NCBI GenBank assembly: GCA_045805065.1
Contig: JBJMMA010000260.1
Coordinates: forward strand, 1-17,961
Direction: 5' to 3'
Source of the DNA: Bdellovibrionia bacterium
Lineage (GTDB): Bacteria; Bdellovibrionota; UBA1018
DNA length: 17,961 nt
The notes below the pieces were generated by a model. The model ran no database searches and had not been told where the DNA came from. It saw only the letters and a program-made list of their open reading frames with translations. Shown piece after piece: positions 1 through 7,731 of the stretch; within the stretch, counting starts at the first letter, position 1; every line of letters starts with the position of its first letter. The position numbers were made by a program, and so were the translations under genes.

Positions 1-18
1 ATTTTCCAGTCTAGCGTC

Positions 19-34
19 TGGCTCGTGCGTTGCA
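19..34 (+). promoter_or_regulatory. Putative sigma54 (-24/-12) promoter of the beta-barrel gene
   Basis: TGGC-TCGTGCG-TTGCA matches TGGC-N7-TTGCW with exact GG-N10-GC spacing. Predicted start of transcription is about 45, followed by an AAGGA SD and ATG at 62. Confidence 0.6.
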
Positions 35-61
35 CAAAATAGTCCTCACAAAGGATATTTT

Positions 62-1264
62 ATGCATAAGACGCATTGGCTTCGAATTGCTTCTTTCGCT
101 TCCACTGTTCTGGTTTTCGGCTTTGTGCCGCTGAATTCTGCCTTAGCAGGCGCCCTCGCGGCCGATGAGCTTGAATCTCAGATGGACCAGGAGCTGCTTT
201 TGAATTCTCTTCGAGGTGCTCGCGCAGTTCAGGACTCCGTAGGGGGTTTGGCTGCGTCTTCCACAGCTCCCTGTGCAGCCGAATTGGAACATCCGCGTGC
301 CTCAGACTTAGTCAACGCCGACCAGGTTCCCTTCATTGGCAAAGGGGCTCTCTACATGAGTCGTGGTGGCCACGCGTACGCGGTTTTTGGAGGAGGGCGC
401 GCTTCCGAGGGAGGAAGCCTGCAAAACCGCGCTCTGGAGTTGGAGTTCGGTACCAATATCTCTTCACGCTTTCGAGTTGATGTGGCTCATATCAATGAAG
501 GACATCCCATCAATAACCATCGCGACGGATTTGCCGCGAAGGCGATCTACGTGATGCCGATCAATGAAAAAGCCAGAATCGAGCTGGGCGGCGGACCGTA
601 CATCAGTATGAATACGACAACGCCCAACGGGCGCACGATCAATGATCAAAAGGACGAAAAGCGCCTCGGAGTTGTCGGGACCGCAGCTGTTCTTTATCGA
701 CTGACTCAAAGCGGTCTCTACGCCCGAGCGCAGCTCAATCATGTGAACATGCCAGGTGGACCTTCCACTAATGCCATCCTGGTAGGCCTTGGAAAGGACT
801 TCAATGGGCCTGAGCTTGCTTCTGATTTTGAAAACTTTGATACAAAGAAGCTGCAGGCTGCAGGCTGGATCGGGAAGACAAAAACCAATCGTGCGAACGC
901 AGGCGGAACAATGACCGGTGGGCAGATTGAGGTCAGTAAAGAAATGAGTCCATCCCTGGCCTATTCGGTCAGCCTGGTTGATGAAGGTAATGGGCCCAAG
1001 GTCAACCGCAAGGGTGTGGCCACTCAGGCCTGGTATATCAAGCCAGTCGAAGACGGTTTGAGTTTCCGCGCGGGCGTCGGTCCTTATCTGGCCGAAAATC
1101 ATGTACCGGACGATCACCATGTCTCGACGAATGCCATGGTGAGCCTCGTGGTTGAAAAGAAGATCGGCAAGCAGACCTCGATCAGCGGGCGCTTCAATCG
1201 TGTCATGTCCACGAATAATCGCGATGAGGACATGTTCATGATTGGCTTGAGACGTGATTTTTAA
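62..1264 (+). CDS. Exported outer-membrane protein with two tandem beta-barrel-like domains
   Basis: 400 aa with SD AAGGA and an N-terminal signal peptide (..SALA). Alternating amphipathic strands and C-terminal Phe (GLRRDF). Internal duplication: NEGH..HRDG..GGGPY..GLGKDF versus DEGN..NRKG..GVGPY..GLRRDF. Confidence 0.75.
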   Translation: MHKTHWLRIASFASTVLVFGFVPLNSALAGALAADELESQMDQELLLNSLRGARAVQDSVGGLAASSTAPCAAELEHPRASDLVNADQVPFIGKGALYMSRGGHAYAVFGGGRASEGGSLQNRALELEFGTNISSRFRVDVAHINEGHPINNHRDGFAAKAIYVMPINEKARIELGGGPYISMNTTTPNGRTINDQKDEKRLGVVGTAAVLYRLTQSGLYARAQLNHVNMPGGPSTNAILVGLGKDFNGPELASDFENFDTKKLQAAGWIGKTKTNRANAGGTMTGGQIEVSKEMSPSLAYSVSLVDEGNGPKVNRKGVATQAWYIKPVEDGLSFRAGVGPYLAENHVPDDHHVSTNAMVSLVVEKKIGKQTSISGRFNRVMSTNNRDEDMFMIGLRRDF

Positions 1265-2268
1265 TTCTTTGCCGGTGATCTCGACTGGCGCGTCAGCGAA
1301 GCGGGATATTTTTCTGCCTGAAGTTTTTGAACATTGCTCTGTCTGGTGCAGACTTTCTCGTAGAAAGGCCCAGTTGGGAGCGTTGTCGACTTTTTAATGG
1401 TATTTTCGCAGATTGACTCGATCATGGTGAACGCTGCCAGGTGTGTTACGCTAGTCACTCCGACTGCGATGGTGCTAAAACCTAACTTCTCGAATCGGAC
1501 TTGTCTTTCGATCTCACTGAGCGAATAACGTCCTGCTCTCCATTCGATCTCAGTGTGATCGCTCGCCGTCCATGCGTCACCAGCGAAGATGCGAATCAGG
1601 AAGTCTTTTTCATTTTCGCTCAGTTGCGGATTTTGCAAAACATCATCGGCCATCTCTTGTTTGGCGCGCGAGGGGAGCGCTTGCAGATATTGCCATTCCG
1701 CCTGCATGGCTCCGGCTTCCTCTAAAAACCTCGTCTGACTGTTCAGTTGGTTGAGCAGTCGTCGGAAATAGCCGAAGCTCTCTTTTCCGAGCTTTCCCGC
1801 CTCCATTCGATCTTGAATGGCATGCTCGACTTCATGAGTTTTGATGAAAAATTCGACCATCGAGCCATGGTAAGACTTTGGAAGCGAGATGTCGATCGAT
1901 CGAAAACGGAAGCTATAGGCGCCATCCACGCCAGATGACTCATTGAGCTTTGCTGATTGAATGACGGATTTGATCTGCTCAGCGTCTTTCGGGGGTAAAA
2001 GGGCTAATCGCTTTTCCATGAGAAGGTCAAAAACGTAGCTAGCTGCAGTTGAGCGTTTCTGCGGATCTTCAAAGATACTCTGGATCTGCTCTTTTTCTTT
2101 TTCGGTAATGAGAGTGCCTTGCGTAGCCGGACTTAGCGCGATGAGCGCTTCTTTTATCTGATCTGCACAGCTTTTTCTGGCCGCGTTTGCGGCTTCAGGA
2201 CGGAAACTTATGCATAATGCGGTGAGCATCATGGCAATAGCTGCCTTGTTCTTCCACGAGCCAATCAT
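1261..2268 (-). CDS. Exported hypothetical protein with HExxH motif (putative zinc metallopeptidase)
   Basis: 335 aa with signal-peptide-like N-terminus (KNK, hydrophobic stretch, AANA). THEVEHAIQ motif with downstream EEAGAMQAE and a hydrophobic segment near the C-terminus. Stop codon overlaps that of the convergent gene (TTAA 1261-1264). Confidence 0.65.
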   Translation of the reverse strand: MIGSWKNKAAIAMMLTALCISFRPEAANAARKSCADQIKEALIALSPATQGTLITEKEKEQIQSIFEDPQKRSTAASYVFDLLMEKRLALLPPKDAEQIKSVIQSAKLNESSGVDGAYSFRFRSIDISLPKSYHGSMVEFFIKTHEVEHAIQDRMEAGKLGKESFGYFRRLLNQLNSQTRFLEEAGAMQAEWQYLQALPSRAKQEMADDVLQNPQLSENEKDFLIRIFAGDAWTASDHTEIEWRAGRYSLSEIERQVRFEKLGFSTIAVGVTSVTHLAAFTMIESICENTIKKSTTLPTGPFYEKVCTRQSNVQKLQAEKYPASLTRQSRSPAKN

Positions 2269-2343
2269 CCTCTGATTCTAAATGCAAAGCCTCAGGATCA
2301 ACAAGTTTTAGCCAAGAAAGTTTGGAACGACGCCAAGTTTTTG

Positions 2344-2361
2344 ACCTGTCCCGGGACAGGT
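2344..2361. repeat. 18-bp perfect palindrome, copy 1 (core CCTGTCCCGGGACAGG)
   Basis: ACCTGTCCCGGGACAGGT read directly, 2 nt past the stop codon of the minus-strand gene ending at 2364. The 16-bp core is identical to 7209-7224. Confidence 0.9.
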
Positions 2362-2363
2362 TC

Positions 2364-3707
2364 TCAAAGCTTTTGCAGCTCTTTGGACCAATAGTAAGGC
2401 GCGATCATTTTGATATAAGTGCCGTTGGGGCTGAGTCCGGGGGCTGGTTTTCGAAGGGTTCTACCGCCGTTCTGGGTTTCAAAGTAAACCCTGCCATCAA
2501 AAGACAAACCAATCGTTGTGGAACTGTCCCAGGCGCCGGTGTTCAGATTGTTTGTAGATTCACCACTGAATTCGGTTGAAGCAGCGGTTACGGCATACAC
2601 CTGGCCTTCCTTTGAAACGATGCGTACTTTCTTCTCAAACCGATCCGAAAGAGAGTAGGACTGAAAACCCACAGGCGTGAAGTCCGTAATCGGAAGACTG
2701 AGCTTTTTCTCGTGGAAATCACAAATCAGTCGGTTCGTGTAAAGCCAGCAATCTGCTCTCTGAGTCCAATACCGGTCCACAAAGCGACCTTTGCCATGAT
2801 CCAGATCCATGTCGTGATTTGTCTCCAGGGTCTCAAGATTTACGCCATCGAGCGTTTGTGACAGGACTCTTTGGATCGGGTCGTAGAATTTCAAAAGATC
2901 GCCGCTTTGATACATTTGAATCGCCGAATTTTTCAGTGACATCATGGGCGTCACTGATTCCCCGTCGTAGAACACGAGTTTCGAATCCGAGGTGAGGAGA
3001 GCTGCTCCCTTTTTAATGCCTAAGGGCAGGGCATTAAACCGATTCGAAAAGTACTCAATGGCGGAGTCTCGGGCGGTTTGCCGAATCGCTGGGGTGATTT
3101 GACCTGAACGCGAGACCTTTACGAAGTATTCGGTTTGGACGCTGTAGGAGTCGCCGGAGGAGTAGCTTTCATCGCAGGCTGCCTGACCGATCATGAAACC
3201 ATGATTGCAGATGGCATGTTGATGGTAGCTGTCTTGATGTCTGGCTTCATGAATCAGCGCGCTTGAAATGGTGAGAGCATCCAGGCCGCCGAGATGGCGG
3301 CAGATGTGCATGACGCCACTCTTGGTTGCTGCATTCACATAAGCTGCTGTGTAACCATCGCAGCCGGATTGGTCATCGTCATTTTCATCGTCGGGGTCAA
3401 ACTGGAGAGTTCTGATTCGGCCCGAAAAGAACTCTAAAGGATCGGATCCAAGGACGCTGCGGTCGAACTGATCGGTCTTGGAGTGATCCAGCTTGCCAGC
3501 GGATTTCAAAAAGAGGAGCGCGTTGGCTACGCGATAGGCGAGGTTTTTTGGATCACAGAAATCAGGCTTGAGCTCAGGGTCTTTGCTGTACCAGGAAAAG
3601 CGATTGAGGATCTCCTTCTGCTTGGGGTCTGAATCCAGGCAGATTTGCGCCTGCGTAGTGGATGCGAAGAGGAGGAGGCCTAAGAAGGCTAAAATCGATT
3701 TTCTCAT
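2364..3707 (-). CDS. Exported Cys-rich hypothetical protein with HExxH motif (putative metallopeptidase)
   Basis: ATG 3707 gives a clean signal peptide MRKSILAFLGLLLFASTTQA. LIHEARHQD..H..C..CD motif, several Cys and a beta-rich C-terminal half. The track's TTG at 3749 coincides with a -35-like box. Confidence 0.75.
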   Translation of the reverse strand: MRKSILAFLGLLLFASTTQAQICLDSDPKQKEILNRFSWYSKDPELKPDFCDPKNLAYRVANALLFLKSAGKLDHSKTDQFDRSVLGSDPLEFFSGRIRTLQFDPDDENDDDQSGCDGYTAAYVNAATKSGVMHICRHLGGLDALTISSALIHEARHQDSYHQHAICNHGFMIGQAACDESYSSGDSYSVQTEYFVKVSRSGQITPAIRQTARDSAIEYFSNRFNALPLGIKKGAALLTSDSKLVFYDGESVTPMMSLKNSAIQMYQSGDLLKFYDPIQRVLSQTLDGVNLETLETNHDMDLDHGKGRFVDRYWTQRADCWLYTNRLICDFHEKKLSLPITDFTPVGFQSYSLSDRFEKKVRIVSKEGQVYAVTAASTEFSGESTNNLNTGAWDSSTTIGLSFDGRVYFETQNGGRTLRKPAPGLSPNGTYIKMIAPYYWSKELQKL

Positions 3708-3720
3708 GATTCTGAACGCA

Positions 3721-3749
3721 TGTTTAGTGGTTCGGGGCGCTGGAGTCAA
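3721..3749 (-). promoter_or_regulatory. Possible sigma70 promoter for the 3707 gene
   Basis: Minus strand TTGACT-N17-TAAACA. The -35 is good and the -10 is imperfect. Confidence 0.4.
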
Positions 3750-3889
3750 GCTGCGAACGCATGGTCTAACTGCTGGAATCTATAGTTAAAATGTAAAAAT
3801 CCGGGTCCGAATCAGGTTGAGGTTCACGTCAAGGTTCACGTTAAATAGACAGGAGATAACAAAGGGATGGCTCGCGGTTGCATCGCCTG

Positions 3890-3912
3890 TGCTAGACTTG
3901 AGCTTGGGGGAG
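3890..3912 (+). promoter_or_regulatory. Possible extended -10 promoter and SD for the DUF2252 gene
   Basis: TGcTAGACT (3890-3898), then GGGGGAG (3906-3912) before GTG 3916. Confidence 0.4.
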
Positions 3913-3915
3913 CGG

Positions 3916-5169
3916 GTGAACCAAGACTATCGCTTTGCGCACAAACTGATCGCTTTTGTGGCATTGATCCTGATCACGCCATTATCCGCTCAAGGCGGAG
4001 AAGAAGATCCCCTCAAGTCGCTTCAAAAAGACATCTGCCACCTCATCAGCAAGGCAAAGAGTAAGCAGCTCTCGAAGCGGGAGATTGCTTCATTCTCAGC
4101 GGATCCACTTCGGAGAAAACTGCAGGAGCTCAACCCATGGCTTACGCCTGGGCAGATTGAGGCGAAGATCGAGTCCTGCGGATCGTCGTTTAAATTCATG
4201 CGATCGTTTGTCTCGACTTATTATGATCTGATCGCCAATGGCATCCCAGGGCACGCAAAGCGCTTTGCTGCATTGAGATCCCATCAAGGATGGATCGTGG
4301 GTGATGCTCATCCCGAGAACTTTGGCGCTCTCTTGAATGATCGCGGAAAATCCACCTTCACGATGAATGATCTGGATGACTTCTCACAAGGGCCGCTTTA
4401 TCTCGATTTTCTGCGCTTCATCTCTGCCGTAAAACTTCGTGATGACACCATCAGCATCAAGAAATTGCTGAAGGCGTATCAGAAGGGGCTCGGTGGCGAG
4501 GATCGTGATTTCTCTGAAGCGACGGAGAAGCTTCTCAAGAAGAGCGAAAAAAAGGGACTGACGGTTGATCCTGATCTGCCAGATGATGCCGTCGCGCTCA
4601 CTGCCGCTGAGAAGGCGAGAATGAAGAAGTGGGTGCAAGACACTCTGGGCGATGAGTTCAGTTTCAAGGATGCGTACCAGCGGGATCGCGAAGAAGGCGG
4701 ATCGGGTGGACTTCAGAGATTAGAGCTTCTACTGGCTTCGAAAGCAAAAGCTCACATCTCATCAGACCTCGTTCCAGTAGAGCTCAAGGAGTTGACGACA
4801 CCTTCGACTTTCCCGATTCAGAGTGGCCCGATCCCCTCTGCCGAAAAACGAATCGAAGAGGGGCTGGACATCACGCTGGGGCGGAATGCTTCGCATGTCT
4901 ACCGAGTAGTGGAGTGGGACGGAAAGAAGATGCTCATGCGTCCTCGTTGGGACGGAAACCTATCGACGAAGCTCAAGCGTTTTGATGACGACGAAGTGGA
5001 AGACGTCATCAAAGACGAGGCTTATGAGCTGGGAGCTCTTCATCGGAAATCAGCCACGGACCGCGAGGCTTACTTGAAAGCTTTCTCAGAATTCTCGGTT
5101 TCTGATTGGGATGAGGAAAGTGATCGCGTCGCGAAATCGATTCATAAGATTTTCAACGATCTTCAATAG
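3916..5169 (+). CDS. DUF2252-family protein (protein-kinase-like fold) with predicted signal peptide
   Basis: Family-type motifs F.FMR, GDAHPENFG, F.MNDLDD, GP...D..RF, G.SGG..R...L and ELKE. GTG 3916 follows SD GGGGGAG and is preferred over TTG 3817. N-terminus is RFAHKLIAFVALILITPLSAQG. Confidence 0.8.
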   Translation: MNQDYRFAHKLIAFVALILITPLSAQGGEEDPLKSLQKDICHLISKAKSKQLSKREIASFSADPLRRKLQELNPWLTPGQIEAKIESCGSSFKFMRSFVSTYYDLIANGIPGHAKRFAALRSHQGWIVGDAHPENFGALLNDRGKSTFTMNDLDDFSQGPLYLDFLRFISAVKLRDDTISIKKLLKAYQKGLGGEDRDFSEATEKLLKKSEKKGLTVDPDLPDDAVALTAAEKARMKKWVQDTLGDEFSFKDAYQRDREEGGSGGLQRLELLLASKAKAHISSDLVPVELKELTTPSTFPIQSGPIPSAEKRIEEGLDITLGRNASHVYRVVEWDGKKMLMRPRWDGNLSTKLKRFDDDEVEDVIKDEAYELGALHRKSATDREAYLKAFSEFSVSDWDEESDRVAKSIHKIFNDLQ

Positions 5170-5251
5170 CTCTATCAACAAAAATAGTTAAGTAAATCTG
5201 AACCCAATTCTATCTCTCTGGAATCACGAGTCTTTTTACGTCACGAAATTC

Positions 5252-5279
5252 TACAATTCGTCTAATTAAGCCCCGATAA
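5252..5279 (+). promoter_or_regulatory. Possible sigma28 (FliA) promoter upstream of the fibre gene
   Basis: CCCGATAA (5272-5279) is a 7/8 match to GCCGATAA, with a weak -35 (TACAA/ACAA, 5252-5256). SD AAGGAG at 5296-5301. Confidence 0.45.
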
Positions 5280-5311
5280 TAGGAAGAGACAATGTAAGGA
5301 GTTCGTTTCAA

Positions 5312-7207
5312 GTGCGGTTTCGTAGTTTGACCGTTTGCAAAGTCGCGACGCTGATTCTAGCGGCAGGAGTTTTTTCTGCTACTCCACTTGCGTTTGGCTT
5401 TTCGGAGAACGCTCAGACATTTACTTATCAAGGCCAGCTCTTGAACAACGCGGGTTCGGCTCTCTCGGACTCGAACGTCACTCTGATTTTATCCATTTAT
5501 AATCCGAGCAAGAACTGTCTTCTCTACGAAGAAACTCAATCGGTGGATACTACGACAACGGATGGAATGTTCTCCGTTCAAGTCGGACAAGCAACAACCA
5601 CAGGCGGCAAACGCACCGCTAGTGATCCGGGCCTGAGAATGGCGACCATTTTCCGCAATGATGGCACTCAGATTCGAGCTTCGGGTACGAACTGTTTGAG
5701 TGGCTATACGGCATCGGCAGGTGATACGCGCGTGATGCAAGTCAAAGTCACGCCAAGCTCAACGGGTACGCAGGTCACTCTTTCCCCAGATGAAACGATC
5801 GATGCTGTTCCACAAGCGTGGTCCGCTGAAACTTTCCAAGGTATCCCGCTGGGGAACTTCATTCAGCTCTCGGGATCAGATGCTGTGATTCCTTCGGGCA
5901 ATGGTCTGAAAGTAAATGGCTCAGAAGTGATCGATTCATCCGGTAATTGGGTGGGTTCAAACGCTGGACTAGTCGGTGCGACAGGCACGGCAGGCGCGAC
6001 GGGAGCTACAGGAACTACAGGACCTTCCGGTGCGACAGGTGCAACGGGCGCTACTGGCTCAGCTGGTCCAGCGGGTACGGCAGGTGTTACGGGTGCTACC
6101 GGAGTTACGGGTGCAGCCGGAGCTACTGGAGCCACGGGCACTACTGGACCTACAGGCGCAAGTCCATTTTTGCTGAATGGCTCAGATGCTTATTACACGA
6201 ATGGCAATGTCGGCATTGGAACAACGGGGCCTGCTGCAAAATTAGATGTCAGCGGCGGAGTTCGTATTGGTGATGATTCTTCAAGCTGCTCGAGCACAAA
6301 CGCTGGCACCGTGAAATATGTCTCAAACACTCTGAGCTACTGTGATGGCAGCAATTGGATGGCGCTTGCTGCGGGATCAAGTTCCAGCGGAAGTCAGCTC
6401 TATGCAAATCCAGGCACCTACACCTGGACCGTTCCTGCGGGTGTCAACTCCGTCTCAGTTCTTGCCGTAGGTGGCGGTGGAGGAGGCGCGGGAGGTGGGT
6501 CGAATCTCGGCGGCGGAGGCGGTGGCGGTTTGTGCTACGCCAATTCCATCGCAGTGACTCCTGGGAGCTCGATTACAGTTGTAGTTGGAGCCGGAGGCAC
6601 ATCAGGCGTGGCAGGTGGAGACTCAAGCTTTAATGGGACCACAGTCGTTGCTTATGGAGGCGCCACGTCGGTAGGTGGAGCTTCAGCTTTAGGTGGCAGT
6701 GGATCTGCGGTCGGCGGTACGTGCAACTCCGGAGGCAATGGCGGAATCTTTGTGGGCACAGGGAGCCCCTTCTCAGCTGGAGGCGGCGGCGCAGCAGGAT
6801 ATTCTGGTGCGGGCGGAGCTGGCGGAAATGCTAGCGGAAGCAGTATTCCAACGAACCAGACCGCGGGAAGTGGCGGCGGCGGCGGCGGTGGTGGCGGTGC
6901 TTCCGATGCTGCAAACGCCAATCATGGTGCAGGCGCTGGTGGCGGAGGCGTTGGTCCTTATGGAATTTCAAACAATGGCGCAGCAGGAGCGTCGTCTACA
7001 TCTGCCGGTAACGGTCAAACCGGAGGTCTGGGAGGATCTTTAGGCGCTGGCGGCGGTACTCCACCTTCTGGCACTAATGGCGCCAATGGGGGCGCTTTTG
7101 GTGGTGGCGGCGGTGGTGGAAATGGTGCGCCGGGTGGAACAGGTGGCGGTGGCGTTGTCAGAATCATCTGGGGCAACGGAAAATCATTCCCCAATAACGC
7201 TAACTAA
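5312..7207 (+). CDS. Bdellovibrio-type mosaic fibre/adhesin with collagen-like and glycine-rich domains
   Basis: Signal peptide, then a TYQGQL..CLLYEE.Q..G.FS..VG..VP.A..AE...G N-terminal domain typical of Bdellovibrio fibre proteins. 22 G-X-Y triplets, a GNVGIGT..P...LDV.G repeat and a C..G...Y..C.G..W module. C-terminal W.VPAGV..V.V..VGGGGGG...GGGG.VRI.W glycine-rich phage-tail-type domain. Confidence 0.85.
   Translation: MRFRSLTVCKVATLILAAGVFSATPLAFGFSENAQTFTYQGQLLNNAGSALSDSNVTLILSIYNPSKNCLLYEETQSVDTTTTDGMFSVQVGQATTTGGKRTASDPGLRMATIFRNDGTQIRASGTNCLSGYTASAGDTRVMQVKVTPSSTGTQVTLSPDETIDAVPQAWSAETFQGIPLGNFIQLSGSDAVIPSGNGLKVNGSEVIDSSGNWVGSNAGLVGATGTAGATGATGTTGPSGATGATGATGSAGPAGTAGVTGATGVTGAAGATGATGTTGPTGASPFLLNGSDAYYTNGNVGIGTTGPAAKLDVSGGVRIGDDSSSCSSTNAGTVKYVSNTLSYCDGSNWMALAAGSSSSGSQLYANPGTYTWTVPAGVNSVSVLAVGGGGGGAGGGSNLGGGGGGGLCYANSIAVTPGSSITVVVGAGGTSGVAGGDSSFNGTTVVAYGGATSVGGASALGGSGSAVGGTCNSGGNGGIFVGTGSPFSAGGGGAAGYSGAGGAGGNASGSSIPTNQTAGSGGGGGGGGGASDAANANHGAGAGGGGVGPYGISNNGAAGASSTSAGNGQTGGLGGSLGAGGGTPPSGTNGANGGAFGGGGGGGNGAPGGTGGGGVVRIIWGNGKSFPNNAN
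5966..6163 (+). repeat. Collagen-like (Gly-X-Y)22 coding repeat
   Basis: Uninterrupted [12 protein letters not shown]...GPT-GAS, rich in Thr at Y, with varied codons. Confidence 0.9.
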
Positions 7208-7225
7208 GCCTGTCCCGGGACAGGC
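7208..7225. repeat. 18-bp perfect palindrome, copy 2 (core CCTGTCCCGGGACAGG)
   Basis: GCCTGTCCCGGGACAGGC begins at the base immediately after the TAA stop at 7205-7207. Confidence 0.9.
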
Positions 7226-7230
7226 CGCTC

Positions 7231-7271
7231 AAATGAAAACGGCCCGAATCCTAAGGGATCCGAGCCGTTTC
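7231..7271 (-). terminator. Rho-independent terminator of rpsT
   Basis: Minus strand AACGGCTCGGATCC-CTTA-GGATTCGGGCCGTT then TTCATTT. The 14-bp stem has two G-U pairs that form only on the minus strand. Confidence 0.85.
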
Positions 7272-7293
7272 AGAACTTAATTCAGACTGGTTC

Positions 7294-7566
7294 TTACTTG
7301 GTAAGAACTGCGGCCTTTTGAGCCATACGGGTCAAGCGGCTGATCTTACGAGCAGCGCGGCCCTTTGGAATCGCACCTTTGGAAGCAGCCTTGCTGAGAG
7401 CCTTCACTGCAGCCATGTAAGCGTCCTTGGCAGTGCCTTCCTTCTTAGTGACAGCATCGAGAGCGGTTCTAAGAACGGAGCGGGTTGCGCTGCGAACGAG
7501 GATGTTACGGGATTGGCGCTTCTTGGCTTGGCCAGCGCGCTTGGTGGATTTACGTGTATTTGCCAT
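7294..7566 (-). CDS. rpsT: 30S ribosomal protein S20
   Basis: 90 aa basic protein MANTRKSTKR..Q...R..RN...RS..R...KAASKGAIPKGRAARKISRL, the classic bS20 signature. Confidence 0.97.
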   Translation of the reverse strand: MANTRKSTKRAGQAKKRQSRNILVRSATRSVLRTALDAVTKKEGTAKDAYMAAVKALSKAASKGAIPKGRAARKISRLTRMAQKAAVLTK

Positions 7567-7644
7567 TTTTTAACTCACTTAGATAACAGTTACACCAGCT
7601 AGTAGGGTAACTGACTTCAGTTACGCTGCACCGGTTCACAAGGG

Positions 7645-7673
7645 GAGATACTGAAAAACCGACCGTTTTTCAA
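7645..7673 (-). promoter_or_regulatory. Possible sigma70 promoter of rpsT overlapped by an 8-bp inverted repeat
   Basis: Minus strand TTGAAA-N17-TATCTC. Inverted repeat TGAAAAAC-N5-GTTTTTCA at 7652-7672. Confidence 0.5.
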
Positions 7674-7731
7674 GTCCCTTGTCATCTTAACCACTTGGCC
7701 GCAACTCAGGCCTCAGTCCGGGCCTTGCAGC

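Noticed and set aside
464..1120. 218-aa antisense ORF; likewise 8369-9109, 10132-10803, 11720-12235, 14048-14551 and other nested ORFs
   Set aside because: They lie wholly opposite or inside well-supported genes and show no recognisable motifs. They are shadow ORFs.
3868..3882. sigma54-like TGGC-TCGCGG-TTGCA
   Set aside because: Spacing is GG-N9-GC, one base short of the strict requirement.
3867..4064. 65-aa ORF with AGGAG 11 nt upstream
   Set aside because: It overlaps the DUF2252 gene out of frame, the SD spacing is long and there are no protein features. Not fully excluded without ribosome profiling.
5863..6921. Pro-rich antisense ORFs 5863-6141 and 6652-6921, and repetitive alternative-frame ORFs
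   Set aside because: They are direct consequences of GGN codon repeats in the collagen and glycine-rich regions.
2344..7225. Palindromes as CRISPR repeats, integron attC sites or IS ends
   Set aside because: Only two copies 4.9 kb apart, with no spacers, no RYYYAAC/GTTRRRY boxes and no cas, integrase or transposase gene in the window.
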